Positions 17,500 to 27,621 of a stretch of 64,000 bases of DNA are shown piece after piece. A model generated the notes under the pieces. It was given only the letters and a program-made list of their open reading frames with translations. It made no database searches and was not told the DNA's origin. Each line of letters opens with the position of its first letter. Within the stretch, counting starts at the first letter, position 1. A program made the position numbers and the translations under genes. The stretch comes from Candidatus Delongbacteria bacterium (lineage in GTDB: Bacteria > UBA4055), in assembly GCA_016937995.1 (NCBI GenBank), contig JAFGVM010000064.1, positions 27,636-91,635 on the forward strand, written 5' to 3'.

Positions 17500-18642
17500 A
17501 TGAAAAGATTAATTGTAGCTCTTGTAGTAATAGTGTTATTTTTATTGATCTTCACATCATGCAGTGATGACAGCAGTTCTGAACCGGGCAATAAAGCTCC
17601 TGTAATTACCAGTATCGTATCAAATCCAGCCACAGTTGAGTTAGGGCAGACAGCTACAGTTACGTGTACAGCTTCAGATGCAGATGTGGATGTTTTAACT
17701 TATTCATGGAACAATACAGGTGGAACTATTTCAGGAAGTGGATCAAGTATCACATGGACTGCACCTGACACAGTAGGGAATTATAGTGTTACTTGTGAAG
17801 TCAGCGACGGGGAAGACTCAGTGAATGACGGAGTTAATATAAGTACTTTTGAAACTGCAATACCCGGTGCAATGGTTTCTGTTACTGGTGGTACTTTCAC
17901 TATGACCGATCCTTCTAAGCAGACTTATGTGACTGTTACAGTTAGTGACTTTAGCATTGGAAAGTATGAAGTTACTCAGAAAGAGTGGGTAGATTTAATG
18001 GGCAGTAATCCTGCGTCTTATGATCCTACGAACAATATTGGAGTTGGAGATAATAATCCTGTTTTTCATATCGGCTGGTTCGATATTCTTGTTTTCTGCA
18101 ACCAAAAAAGTATGGCAGACAGTTTAACCCCGTGTTATTCTATAAATGGTTCGACAGATCCTGACAACTGGGGTGTTAGACCAATTTATAGCTCTGATCC
18201 GACTTTTGCAGCATGGAATGCAGTAATATGTGACTGGGATGCTACAGGTTACAGAATGCCGACTGAAGCAGAATGGGAATTCGCAGCAAGAGGTGGAGTA
18301 AACTGGACGGATGATTATACTTACAGCGGAAGTAATATTATTGGTGATGTAGCCTGGTATAATGATAACTCAGGTAGTGAACTTCATATTATCGGAACCA
18401 AATTACCTAATCAACTTGGTATTTATGATATGACAGGTAATCTTTACGAATACTGCTGGGACTGGTATGCTGCTTATACTGATAATGCTACTGATCCTAC
18501 AGGAGCACCGACCGGAGATATGCGTATTGTAAGAGGCGGTTCGTGGATGAGTATTCCTGAAAATTGTGTCGTTAACGGACGCTACAGAGAGTATCCGAAT
18601 ACAAATTATGATTATAATGGTTTTAGACTGGTTAAAAGATAA
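17500..18642 (+). CDS. Lipoprotein with Ig/PKD-like domain and FGE-sulfatase (SUMF1/CLec-fold) domain
   Basis: GAGGAG RBS, lipobox FTSC, NKAPVITS..LTYSW, YEVTQ, RMPTEAEWEFAARGG, YDMTGN and RGGSW...GFRL. Confidence 0.85.
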   Translation: MKRLIVALVVIVLFLLIFTSCSDDSSSEPGNKAPVITSIVSNPATVELGQTATVTCTASDADVDVLTYSWNNTGGTISGSGSSITWTAPDTVGNYSVTCEVSDGEDSVNDGVNISTFETAIPGAMVSVTGGTFTMTDPSKQTYVTVTVSDFSIGKYEVTQKEWVDLMGSNPASYDPTNNIGVGDNNPVFHIGWFDILVFCNQKSMADSLTPCYSINGSTDPDNWGVRPIYSSDPTFAAWNAVICDWDATGYRMPTEAEWEFAARGGVNWTDDYTYSGSNIIGDVAWYNDNSGSELHIIGTKLPNQLGIYDMTGNLYEYCWDWYAAYTDNATDPTGAPTGDMRIVRGGSWMSIPENCVVNGRYREYPNTNYDYNGFRLVKR

Positions 18643-18647
18643 AATAG

Positions 18648-18672
18648 AAAAGCCCCGATTATGGGGCTTTTT
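18648..18672. terminator. Bidirectional intrinsic terminator
   Basis: AAAAGCCCC-GATTAT-GGGGCTTTTT between convergent genes. Confidence 0.8.
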
Positions 18673-18677
18673 AATTA

Positions 18678-18703
18678 GATTCTGAAACAAGTTCAGAATG
18701 ACG
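18678..18703 (-). repeat. CGTC-type REP-like palindrome
   Basis: Minus strand reads CGTCATTCTGAA-CTTGT-TTCAGAATC. Confidence 0.6.
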
Positions 18704-18712
18704 ATAATTTTA

Positions 18713-20383
18713 TTACTTACCTGCCATCATAGCTTCTACATCACCTTTTACATCACCAATAGGCTTGATATTGAAATTCTGTACAAGGACATTTATAACA
18801 TTTGGCGATAAAAATGCTGGAAGGGTTGGTCCTAAGCGGATCCCTTTAACACCAAGATGCAATAATGCAAGTAATACGGTCACAGCTTTCTGCTCATACC
18901 ATGCAATATCGAATGAAATTGGAAGTTCATTGATATCTTCAAGTCCGAATACTTCTTTCAATTTCAGAGCTATCACAGCTAGAGAATATGAATCGTTACA
19001 CTGACCGGCATCGAGTACTCTCGGGATTCCGCCGATGTCACCAAGGTCAAGTTTGTTGTAACGGTACTTGGCACATCCTGCGGTCAGGATTATAGTGTCT
19101 TTCGGAAGTTCTTTTGCTACTTCAGTGAAATAATCTCTCGAATCATGTCTTCCGTCGCAACCCGCCATTACAACAAATCTCTTGATAGCTCCGGACTTGA
19201 CCGCTTCAACGACCTTGTCAGCCAGCGCGATGACCTGAGCGTGAGCGAATCCGCCGACGATATTTCCTGTCTCGATTTCTGTCGGTGCCGGTAAAGTCTT
19301 TGCCAGTGCGATCACTTCGGAGAAATCTTTCGCTTCGCCTTTAGCAGGTATAGCAATATGTTTCACACTGTCAAAACCGACATTATTAGTTGTGAAAACC
19401 CTGTTCTTATAAGAATCTTTTGGAGGGATCAAGCAATTAGTTGTCAAGATTATTGCTCCATTGAATGATTCGAATTCAGTTCCCTGTTTCCACCATGCAT
19501 TTCCATAGTTGCCTACGAAATGATCATATTTCTTGAAAGCAGGATAATAGTTTGCAGGAAGCATTTCACTGTGCGTATATACATCAACTCCGGTTCCTTC
19601 AGTTTGCTTTAACAATTGCTCCATATCTAACAGATCATGTCCTGAAATTAAGATAGCAGGATTATTTCTAACACCGATATTTACTTCAGTGATCTCAGGA
19701 TTTCCATAAGCTTCTGTATTTGCAGTATCTAAGGCAGCCATTGCATCAACTGAATATTTCCCGGCTTCCATTACTAACCCAACAAGGTCCATCACTTCCA
19801 GAGAATCATCCAGAGTTGCAAGAAGTCCTTTTTCCATGAACATTACTATCTCTTTCACTTCCTTACCAAGTCTTAGTGCATGATCAGCATAAGCAGCCAT
19901 ACCTTTGATTCCAATTGTAAGCAGTTCTCTCAATGAACGGATATCCTCATTCTCAGTTCTCAAAACACCGACCTGAGTAGCTTTTTCATCAATATTCTCA
20001 TCTGTTACAAAGAAAGTTGCAGCATCATGCTGTCCCAATTCTCCAACATCAATTCCCATTTCAGCTACTTTCTTTTTTCCCATCTCACGCATCTCGATAG
20101 TTTCCTTGATCGCTTTTACTAAGTAATTTCTGTCGAAATTTGCATTAGTTATTGTCGAGAACAGCATCTCAAGGATAAATTTATCCATTTCGTTGCAGGA
20201 TTCTGCGTATTCCTTTCTTGTTTCCAGTGAAGCACCTGCCCTGAAGATAAGCATTCCTTTTAATGCGTGGATCAGAAGATCCTGTAAATTTGCTACATCT
20301 GCAGTTTTTCCGCAGAATCCTTTGGCGTAAGAACAGCCTTTGTTGCCGATTGTTTCCTGGCATTGAAAACAGTACATACTCAT
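18713..20383 (-). CDS. hcp: Hybrid cluster protein (hydroxylamine/NO reductase)
   Basis: N-terminal CFQCQE..C..C, TITNANF, SGHDL, YTHSEM, TTNC, GCDGR, AGQCND and WYEQKAV. Confidence 0.96.
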   Translation of the reverse strand: MSMYCFQCQETIGNKGCSYAKGFCGKTADVANLQDLLIHALKGMLIFRAGASLETRKEYAESCNEMDKFILEMLFSTITNANFDRNYLVKAIKETIEMREMGKKKVAEMGIDVGELGQHDAATFFVTDENIDEKATQVGVLRTENEDIRSLRELLTIGIKGMAAYADHALRLGKEVKEIVMFMEKGLLATLDDSLEVMDLVGLVMEAGKYSVDAMAALDTANTEAYGNPEITEVNIGVRNNPAILISGHDLLDMEQLLKQTEGTGVDVYTHSEMLPANYYPAFKKYDHFVGNYGNAWWKQGTEFESFNGAIILTTNCLIPPKDSYKNRVFTTNNVGFDSVKHIAIPAKGEAKDFSEVIALAKTLPAPTEIETGNIVGGFAHAQVIALADKVVEAVKSGAIKRFVVMAGCDGRHDSRDYFTEVAKELPKDTIILTAGCAKYRYNKLDLGDIGGIPRVLDAGQCNDSYSLAVIALKLKEVFGLEDINELPISFDIAWYEQKAVTVLLALLHLGVKGIRLGPTLPAFLSPNVINVLVQNFNIKPIGDVKGDVEAMMAGK

Positions 20384-20558
20384 TATAACTCCTTTTTTTT
20401 AGTTTAAATTTTATATTTCTTCGTCATAAACATAATTTGATTCACTCATTTACTGTTTGTAAACTCATTCAAAAATTTTCTTTCTTCTTTGAACTATTTC
20501 ATTTAATTCAAAAATGTTTTAGTTAGAAGTTTTCTTAAACATAATTGCCTGAATTATT

Positions 20559-20879
20559 CTATTTGAATTTCTTTATTACTAGAACAATTATTTGTTCATC
20601 CGTATCGTTTCTCATGCCGTGAGGAATATCTCCAGGGCAAGCTATAATAGTGCCTTCTTTTGCATTGATCTCTTTATCACCTACAGTGAAAACAGCGCTT
20701 CCTTTGTGAGCGAAGAATTCAGAGTCAAAGGGTGTTTTGTGAGGTTTTAGATATGATTTAGGTTCAAGGGTCATGTGAATTATTTCAAAATTAGGATGAA
20801 CTGTCATTTTTCTTCCTACGATTCCATCCTGATCATAGATCGGTTCAAGTTTTAATGGGTCAATAAGCTTCATAGTCAT
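20559..20879 (-). CDS. Cupin domain protein
   Basis: PHKTP...E and CPGDIPHG cupin motifs. Confidence 0.85.
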   Translation of the reverse strand: MTMKLIDPLKLEPIYDQDGIVGRKMTVHPNFEIIHMTLEPKSYLKPHKTPFDSEFFAHKGSAVFTVGDKEINAKEGTIIACPGDIPHGMRNDTDEQIIVLVIKKFK

Positions 20880-20883
20880 ACTC

Positions 20884-21222
20884 CTATAGAAGTTTAGTTT
20901 TATTCGTTGGTCGTGGAACTTTATTTACAAGAACTCTAAGAATAGTATCACTTTCATTGTACCAGCAGTGGGGAATATCTTTAGGACTGTCGATCAGTGT
21001 ATCCTTTGTAACGACTTTCTTCTCATCTCCGATCTCAACAATACCTTCACCTTCAAGTACGTAGAAGTAAACATCAACTGGTGTTATATGCTTGATGAGT
21101 TTCTCTCCCGGTTGAAGCTGTATGTAAACTACTAATGCATTATCAGTTGAATATAGATCCCTGGCATCAATACCATGCGGTGTATTTTTCTTTTCTATCT
21201 CTGATACTTTTATTGTCTTCAT
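20884..21222 (-). CDS. Cupin domain protein
   Basis: KHITPVDVYFYVLEGEG and SPKDIPHCW. Confidence 0.88.
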   Translation of the reverse strand: MKTIKVSEIEKKNTPHGIDARDLYSTDNALVVYIQLQPGEKLIKHITPVDVYFYVLEGEGIVEIGDEKKVVTKDTLIDSPKDIPHCWYNESDTILRVLVNKVPRPTNKTKLL

Positions 21223-21249
21223 TTTATATCTCCAATTTTCTTAATTTAA

Positions 21250-21314
21250 AAGTCAGAAGTCAGAAGTATTTCTCAACTCACAACTCACAACTCACAACCC
21301 ACAACCCACAACTA
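21250..21314. repeat. Heptamer tandem tracts
   Basis: (AAGTCAG)2 then (CAACTCA)3(CAACCCA)2, abutting the TAG of the Fe-S gene. Confidence 0.8.
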
Positions 21315-22136
21315 CAGAATACTTCCACTTATAGATATCACATCCAGCTTTACCATTTTGCTTACACCTGCAATTTCAAGTGCTTTTTGTACGATGACTT
21401 CCATTCCACCACAGCAGGGAACTTCCATTCTGACAACATGGATAGACTTGATATTTTTATTTTTGAATATATATGCAAGTTTTGAAATGTATCTTTCAAC
21501 TCCCTGATCAAGCTTAGGACAGAAAATTATCAGTCTTTTACCTTTTAGAAATTTTTCATGAAAATTCGGATATGATGCCATAACTCCGTCTGCTGCAATC
21601 AGAATATCGGCATTGTCAAAACTCGGATCATTCTGATTTATCAAGTGAAGTTGAACCGGCCAATGTTTCAATTGCGACTTGCCGCTTGCAAGAACAGGTT
21701 CAATATTATGGTTATCAGGAATTGTCTGTGGAGCACTTCCAGGACATCCGCCGGTAGCACAAACGCTTGGTGCATCTCTGAATTGAGGAATATCAATACC
21801 TTTCTTAGTTAAGATCTGTATAGCCTGATTTACATATTTGTCAAGGCCGTGATCGTTCAGATGTTTCAAATGAGCTTTGATCGTATTAGTTCCGGCAGGG
21901 ATAATATTTTCGATGACGAGAGCTTCATCGTATTCATCAGCCTCTCTTTCTTCAGTAGAAATTGCTCCAACAGGACAGTTACCTATACATGCTCCAAGCC
22001 CGTCACAAAATAAGTCACTGATCAATCTTGCTTTTCCATCGATCATTTGCAAAGCTCCCTCAGGACAGTCAGGTATGCAGTTCCCGCATCCGTTACAAAG
22101 TTCAGCATCTATTTTTATTATTTGTCTTTTAGCCAT
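21312..22136 (-). CDS. hcp-associated 2x[4Fe-4S] iron-sulfur protein
   Basis: CNGCGNCIPDCP, CDGLGACIGNCP, GCPGS, WPVQL, CPKLD and MEVPCC. Confidence 0.88.
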   Translation of the reverse strand: MAKRQIIKIDAELCNGCGNCIPDCPEGALQMIDGKARLISDLFCDGLGACIGNCPVGAISTEEREADEYDEALVIENIIPAGTNTIKAHLKHLNDHGLDKYVNQAIQILTKKGIDIPQFRDAPSVCATGGCPGSAPQTIPDNHNIEPVLASGKSQLKHWPVQLHLINQNDPSFDNADILIAADGVMASYPNFHEKFLKGKRLIIFCPKLDQGVERYISKLAYIFKNKNIKSIHVVRMEVPCCGGMEVIVQKALEIAGVSKMVKLDVISISGSIL

Positions 22137-22153
22137 TTTATATCTCCTTTTAT

Positions 22154-22298
22154 GAGACGTTGCGGTGCAACGTCTTTACGGGTTTGTCATTGCGAACCTC
22201 GGCTTGACGAGGTGTGGCAATCTCGCTCTATACTGTCATACTCGGGCTTGCCCCGGGTATCCAGGCGTATCAGAGACGCTCATGTAGAGCGTCTTTAC
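22154..22298. repeat. Array of four REP-like palindromes from different families
   Basis: GAGACGTTGC-GGT-GCAACGTCTTTAC; TGTCATTGCG...GCAATCTC; TGTCATACTCGGG-CTTGC-CCCGGGTATCCA; GAGACGCTC-ATGTA-GAGCGTCTTTAC. Confidence 0.75.
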
Positions 22299-22876
22299 GG
22301 TTCGATCATTACTTTCACATTGTTCCAGAGGTTTATTCCTTCTTTTTTCAGATCGAATGCATTTCCGTTGTAACACCATTGAAGGATCAGTAGTCTCATT
22401 GAACCAACTATTGTTCTAAACACCGAAACAGGATCAAGTTCCTTTTTAATTAGTCCGGACTTTTGTCCTTCTTTGATGAATCCGGTCACAGTCCCTTTAT
22501 GACCATGCATGATAGATCTTGCTTTGTTTGATAGTTCTTCATCATTAACGAAAATTCCTTCTGAGAACATTACTTTTGCCAGATCAGGATCTGAAGAGAA
22601 CTTTTCGTATCTGTCGGTAAGAAATAATTCTATTTTTTCAATAGGGGAGAGAGTACTACCGGCAGGGATATCCGGCATCTCTGATATATCCTTGAAAAGG
22701 TCAAGTATTCCCATTAGAATTGCATGCTTACTTTCATAATGTCTGTATAAAGCAGCTTCGGATACACCTATCTTTGCAGATAAGTTCTTTGTTGTAAGGT
22801 TCTGAATCCCTTCCTGTGCAATAATTGAGATCGAAGTTTTCAGGATCTGCTTTTGTCTTTCGGTCAGTTCACTCAT
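22295..22876 (-). CDS. TetR/AcrR family regulator
   Basis: RQKQIL...GIQNLTTKNLSAKIGVSEAALYRHYESK HTH. Confidence 0.93.
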   Translation of the reverse strand: MSELTERQKQILKTSISIIAQEGIQNLTTKNLSAKIGVSEAALYRHYESKHAILMGILDLFKDISEMPDIPAGSTLSPIEKIELFLTDRYEKFSSDPDLAKVMFSEGIFVNDEELSNKARSIMHGHKGTVTGFIKEGQKSGLIKKELDPVSVFRTIVGSMRLLILQWCYNGNAFDLKKEGINLWNNVKVMIEP

Positions 22877-22886
22877 GATTTTTCCA

Positions 22887-22908
22887 TGTTAGTAAGTGTT
22901 CACTAACA
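22887..22908. promoter_or_regulatory. Palindromic operator, probable TetR autoregulatory site
   Basis: TGTTAGTAAGTGTTCACTAACA lies 10 nt upstream of the tetR start. Confidence 0.75.
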
Positions 22909-23095
22909 AAGATAATACAGAGAGTATTGATAGTTCATGATTAATGTCAGGAAAGGAAAGATAATTGAAAATTAAAATCAAAAGAATAAAGAATTTCAAC
23001 ACAGAGGGACCGTAACCTTTCGTCTATTTTTATTGCGACTCGCAATAAAAATCCCTATTTTATCCAAAACCATGAAAATATACGAGGAAGAAACT

Positions 23096-26000
23096 ATGTC
23101 TCAACTGAACGGAGCATTCCCGAAGCATATTCATTCGCCTGAGTATTATATGAATAAACAGTTCATGTTCATTGATATATCAGGGTTTACACCATTGTGT
23201 GATAAATTTATAAGTGAGAGCAGTTACGGAGCAGAAAAGATCGGTGATCTGGTGAACACAGTTTTTAATCCAATTATAGATTTTGTATTTGAAAAAGGTG
23301 GGGATGTTATTTCTTTTGCAGGTGATGCATTGTTCGTTGCAGTTGAAAAGAAATCGGTCAAAGCGGTACAGGATATGTCTCAGAAACTTATAAAAGAACA
23401 GACCATAGATAAAAGTCTTGCCATTACAATAGATATGCTGAAAGATGAATACTACCCGAATATTATAAAGTCAGCTGAAGGAAGTTCATTTAGCTACTAC
23501 CCACAGAAAGATAAAAATGATCTATTGAAAAATACTTTCCCTGACGAGATATATGAGATCTATCAAAGTAATTTCAGAGGTGAACTTAGAGCTGTACCTG
23601 TTTTCTTTATTCATATTTCAGAAAAATATTCTATAAACAAAATAAGACCGTTGCTTGAATTCATTACAGAGAAATCAAAAGAGAATTCTGTTTATATCAA
23701 TAAAATAGAATATCTCGACAAAGGCTGGATGATATTGCTTTCAGCGGGATCACCTGTATATTCCTCCGAAGCACCTGTCAAAATATATGAACTGTTATCC
23801 AAATTCTCCAAGAAAGCTAAAACTTATAATATCCCTGTGCAGATAGGTGGAACTCTTCAAAGAGGTTACTGCGGTATCATCGGTAATGAAAAGAGATGGG
23901 AATTTACTTTCTTAGGGTCAAATGTCAACCTTGCAGCCAGGATCGCCTTTTCTTCAGAAAATTACAAGATCTCCTGTGATGAGTCATTTGCATATTCTTC
24001 TCAAAACCTTTTGAAGTCTGAGTCTATAGGTATAAAGACTTATAAAGGAGTAGGTGAAAGAGAAATCTTTGAAATCACGGGTAAGATCAATGATACAAAA
24101 AATATTTTCGTAGGCAGGGAGAAAGAGGTACTATCATGCTTGAATTTCTTTTCAGGTGACAGAAGAGCTTTTGTACTTTTGAACGGTCCTTCAGGAATTG
24201 GAAAAACAGTACTTGCAGAACATATAATTCAATCTTTGGGTTATAAGTTTCTTATAAGATTAAAAGGTGTTTTCGGAAATGAATCAGCTTTCTCCTTATT
24301 CGATAATTTCTGTGATAAAAATTCGGGAGCAGCTGAAATATTCAAAAAATTCAAAGCTATAAAGCAACCAACTCTAATTTATATAGATGACCTGCATTTT
24401 GCCGATGACAGCAGTTTATTTATGTTTCACAGAATGATCAACGAAGGTAACCCGTTCGTTAATTTCATAGCTACAACGATAGGAAGGGAAAAAGTTAAGA
24501 TCACACCTTTGTCTTACTATGAATCTTTGATAATTGATCTGCAGCCGTTCGACCCGAAAGATATTCAGCATATAACGAAGATGATATCAGGAATTAATAT
24601 AACATTGAAGACCAGTAAAATGCTGCACAGATCAACTCAGGGAAATCCTTTATTCATTACTAAAATACTGCCTTATATAACAAAAGATATTGAAAATTCA
24701 GGAAAAGTTCCCTATTCACTTCAGGAAATAATCTTGATGAAATTAAATGAAATTCCTGATAAAGGACCGGAATTCATTGATGGGGGCTCTGTTTATGGTG
24801 ATATTTTTGATCATGGTGTGGTTAGAGAAGTAATAAATCTGAAGGATAAAATATTTAGAGACATTGTTTCAAAGGCGGAGAACGAAGGATTAGTAAGAAG
24901 ATCTCTTTCCCGTGATGAGATGGAGTTCTCGAACACAATTATAAGAGAAATTATCTATGAAAGACTTTTAAAAAAGAAGATCGATTTTTTCAGGATAAAA
25001 ATAGCAGAAGCTATTGTTGACTCAAAGACTAAAGATCTGAAAAAATTATATAAAGCAGTGACAATGTACTTTTCTGCAAATGATAATAGAGCTCTACCTT
25101 TAGCTCTTAAACTTGTTGAAGAATTTAAAAGAACAAAAGATCATGGTACTTTAAGAAGTATCGTTCAAAGATCTTTTGAGTTCATTAAAAAGAATAACTT
25201 ATATTCAAAGGCTTATGATTTTATTGAGTTGTTTTCAAGATCTTCTCAATTTGTTATTGGTGCAAAACTAACAACAATACTCGAAGAAATAGCCTTCAAG
25301 ATAACTGATTGGAGAAATAATGAAAAATTACTTCTCTATATTGCAAGATTAGTTTTTGAGATACAGTTCAAAGCACCCGAGGAACTTCTGAAAAAATATC
25401 TGGAATTGAAAGGTGAAGATAAACATTATCTTTGGACAAAAGTAAAGACCTGTGCTTATGTAATACCGCAAAACGAAGCTGTGAAGATATTTTACGATCT
25501 GAAAAATAAATTCGAAGGCAATGAAAGGGTAGAGTTCTATATAGATTTTGTGGGTTATGCATTCTTTATCACAGGGAATGTGGACATGGAAAAAGAAGGT
25601 ATAAAGGAATTGCAGAGACTCGAATCATCTATGCCTGTTTATTTAAAAGTATCTTACTTGTTCATAAAGAACAGCATAGCTATTCACAGGGACGATATGA
25701 CTGAATCAAAAAAATGTCTTGATGAAATTACAAGTTATAATAAAAAAGATGTGGATCTTAGTGATTCTTTCTCGATATACAATGATTATTCGATCCTTTA
25801 TCTGAATTTGGCCTATGAAAATTTTGATAAAGAATATATTAAGAGATCTTTAAAGTATTCCATTAAAGCTGTTAAGGCAATGACAGACCTCCAAATAGAA
25901 GCTGATCTGCCTTTGATGACGACCAATCTTGCAAGTTACTATATGACCAGTGGTTATGTGAAGAAGGCGGAAAGAACTTATCTTGAAGGCTTGTATTATG

Positions 26001-26716
26001 GACTAAATATCGATCATCCTGTTGAGGTACTTTATACAAAATCTAGGATTGCTTTTCAAACTTCTGCATCAGGAGCTTATGCTCTTTCGATTAAGTTATC
26101 AGATGAAGTTATTCAGGGAAAGATCACAGATATCCTATCCGGTTCATATACCATCAAATATCTATATGGTGGTAAAAAGGAGAATGATCTCAAAACAGCC
26201 AAAAAATATGCTCTGGAGATAGCTAAATTCGGATCTGCAAAATGTTACTGGGAGATGTCAAGATTAATGACCCAGCAGGCATTTGCTGATAATGATATCA
26301 GTGAAATGAAAAAGATCAGAAGAGACTTGATGAAATGGAGAAAATATACTCAAAGGGCGGGAAATCTGTTTGCAAATGAAACTACGATCAAAATACTTGG
26401 ATTGATGAGTGGAATTAAGACAGAAGCTGTAAAAGTAAGAGACAGATTGTCAAAACTTGAAAAACTGAATGTTAATTTCAGTCTTCAAGGTAAATGCTGC
26501 TATGCTTTAGGACTTCATCATAAAGATATTGATCTTCTCAAAAAAGCAAAGAAATATGCTTTAAAGATGAGAGAATATCCGTTCGTTTTAAGGATCGAAA
26601 AAGAACTATACAGGATCACACAAGATAATTACTGGTCCCGAAGGATGAAAATATCAGAGAAGAAGCTTAAAGAAGTGAATAAGATAAAGAGTATTGAGGA
26701 ATTCTTTGGATACTAA
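23096..26716 (+). CDS. Second cyclase-STAND ATPase-helical repeat protein with shortened C1 domain
   Basis: GAGGA RBS before ATG 23096; FIDISGFT, FAGDA, INKIEYLDKG, GSNVNLAARI, FVGREKE, GPSGIGKT, YIDDLHFAD and GNPLF. Confidence 0.85.
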   Translation: MSQLNGAFPKHIHSPEYYMNKQFMFIDISGFTPLCDKFISESSYGAEKIGDLVNTVFNPIIDFVFEKGGDVISFAGDALFVAVEKKSVKAVQDMSQKLIKEQTIDKSLAITIDMLKDEYYPNIIKSAEGSSFSYYPQKDKNDLLKNTFPDEIYEIYQSNFRGELRAVPVFFIHISEKYSINKIRPLLEFITEKSKENSVYINKIEYLDKGWMILLSAGSPVYSSEAPVKIYELLSKFSKKAKTYNIPVQIGGTLQRGYCGIIGNEKRWEFTFLGSNVNLAARIAFSSENYKISCDESFAYSSQNLLKSESIGIKTYKGVGEREIFEITGKINDTKNIFVGREKEVLSCLNFFSGDRRAFVLLNGPSGIGKTVLAEHIIQSLGYKFLIRLKGVFGNESAFSLFDNFCDKNSGAAEIFKKFKAIKQPTLIYIDDLHFADDSSLFMFHRMINEGNPFVNFIATTIGREKVKITPLSYYESLIIDLQPFDPKDIQHITKMISGINITLKTSKMLHRSTQGNPLFITKILPYITKDIENSGKVPYSLQEIILMKLNEIPDKGPEFIDGGSVYGDIFDHGVVREVINLKDKIFRDIVSKAENEGLVRRSLSRDEMEFSNTIIREIIYERLLKKKIDFFRIKIAEAIVDSKTKDLKKLYKAVTMYFSANDNRALPLALKLVEEFKRTKDHGTLRSIVQRSFEFIKKNNLYSKAYDFIELFSRSSQFVIGAKLTTILEEIAFKITDWRNNEKLLLYIARLVFEIQFKAPEELLKKYLELKGEDKHYLWTKVKTCAYVIPQNEAVKIFYDLKNKFEGNERVEFYIDFVGYAFFITGNVDMEKEGIKELQRLESSMPVYLKVSYLFIKNSIAIHRDDMTESKKCLDEITSYNKKDVDLSDSFSIYNDYSILYLNLAYENFDKEYIKRSLKYSIKAVKAMTDLQIEADLPLMTTNLASYYMTSGYVKKAERTYLEGLYYGLNIDHPVEVLYTKSRIAFQTSASGAYALSIKLSDEVIQGKITDILSGSYTIKYLYGGKKENDLKTAKKYALEIAKFGSAKCYWEMSRLMTQQAFADNDISEMKKIRRDLMKWRKYTQRAGNLFANETTIKILGLMSGIKTEAVKVRDRLSKLEKLNVNFSLQGKCCYALGLHHKDIDLLKKAKKYALKMREYPFVLRIEKELYRITQDNYWSRRMKISEKKLKEVNKIKSIEEFFGY

Positions 26717-26729
26717 TAGCAGGTATGAA

Positions 26730-27521
26730 CTATCTTCCGTACTTATAGAATAATTTATTTACCCATACCGGCATAAATCTGAGGAATGTTTTTGCCAATA
26801 TTTTAGGTATCTGAAAATAACCGTGAAGTTTTTTTACCAGAAAAAAAGAAACTCTCATTTCATTTTTAACGTTGCTGAATAGAGTTCTGTTCTTCCAGAA
26901 CTTATCTGTAACCCTGAAATATATCAACGGTTCATGAATGTTATTCATTTTAACATTTTTAACGACTGCTCTAGACCAGAGATCATAATCCTGACTTTTT
27001 CTGTAATTCTCGTTATAATATCCGACAACATCAAAGAACTCTCTTCTGAAAGCTACAGATGGGTGAATGAAAGGATTTCTTGTAAATGCCCATTTTTTTA
27101 TGTCTACCTGGTAAGGCATATTTTTATAGAATATCTCTGCTCCGTCCTTATTAATCTCAATACATTCTGTACCGATTAACATAAGATCTTCATCGACTTT
27201 AAATTCTTCCAGAGTTCTCTCGAATCTTTTACGGTGAGAAATGTCATCAGCGTCCATTCTGAAATAAATATCAGCAGGATATTTTTTTAATGCTTTGTTC
27301 AAGGTTGCAGCAAGACCGATATTTTCTTCATTTCTCATGATGGTGATCCTGCGATCGTTCAGAGAATTAATGTACAGGTCAATATCTTCATTAGTTTTAC
27401 CATCTATACAAAGTATAAGATCAAAATCAGAATATGATTGAGATAGAATACTGTTCAGAGCCAATTTGAAATACTTTAGCTCATCACTGAGGGAAACAGG
27501 TAGTAAAACTTTGATATTCAT
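26730..27521 (-). CDS. GT2 glycosyltransferase (AmsE-like)
   Basis: NIGLAATLN, RMDADD, HPSV and QDYDLW. Confidence 0.9.
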   Translation of the reverse strand: MNIKVLLPVSLSDELKYFKLALNSILSQSYSDFDLILCIDGKTNEDIDLYINSLNDRRITIMRNEENIGLAATLNKALKKYPADIYFRMDADDISHRKRFERTLEEFKVDEDLMLIGTECIEINKDGAEIFYKNMPYQVDIKKWAFTRNPFIHPSVAFRREFFDVVGYYNENYRKSQDYDLWSRAVVKNVKMNNIHEPLIYFRVTDKFWKNRTLFSNVKNEMRVSFFLVKKLHGYFQIPKILAKTFLRFMPVWVNKLFYKYGR

Positions 27522-27621
27522 TAACAGGTCTTATCTTTAATTTTTAGCTACAGTATGAAAAATATAGTATTTTAATGAAATAGTAAAGAGGAAAATGAGA
27601 CTGAATTATAAAACAATTTCA

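Noticed and set aside
21250..21314. Tandem repeats as a possible CRISPR array
   Set aside because: The units are 7 nt with no unique spacers and there are no cas genes.
22047..22373. 108-aa plus-strand ORF
   Set aside because: It is antisense to two real genes and stays open only through GC-rich palindromic repeats.
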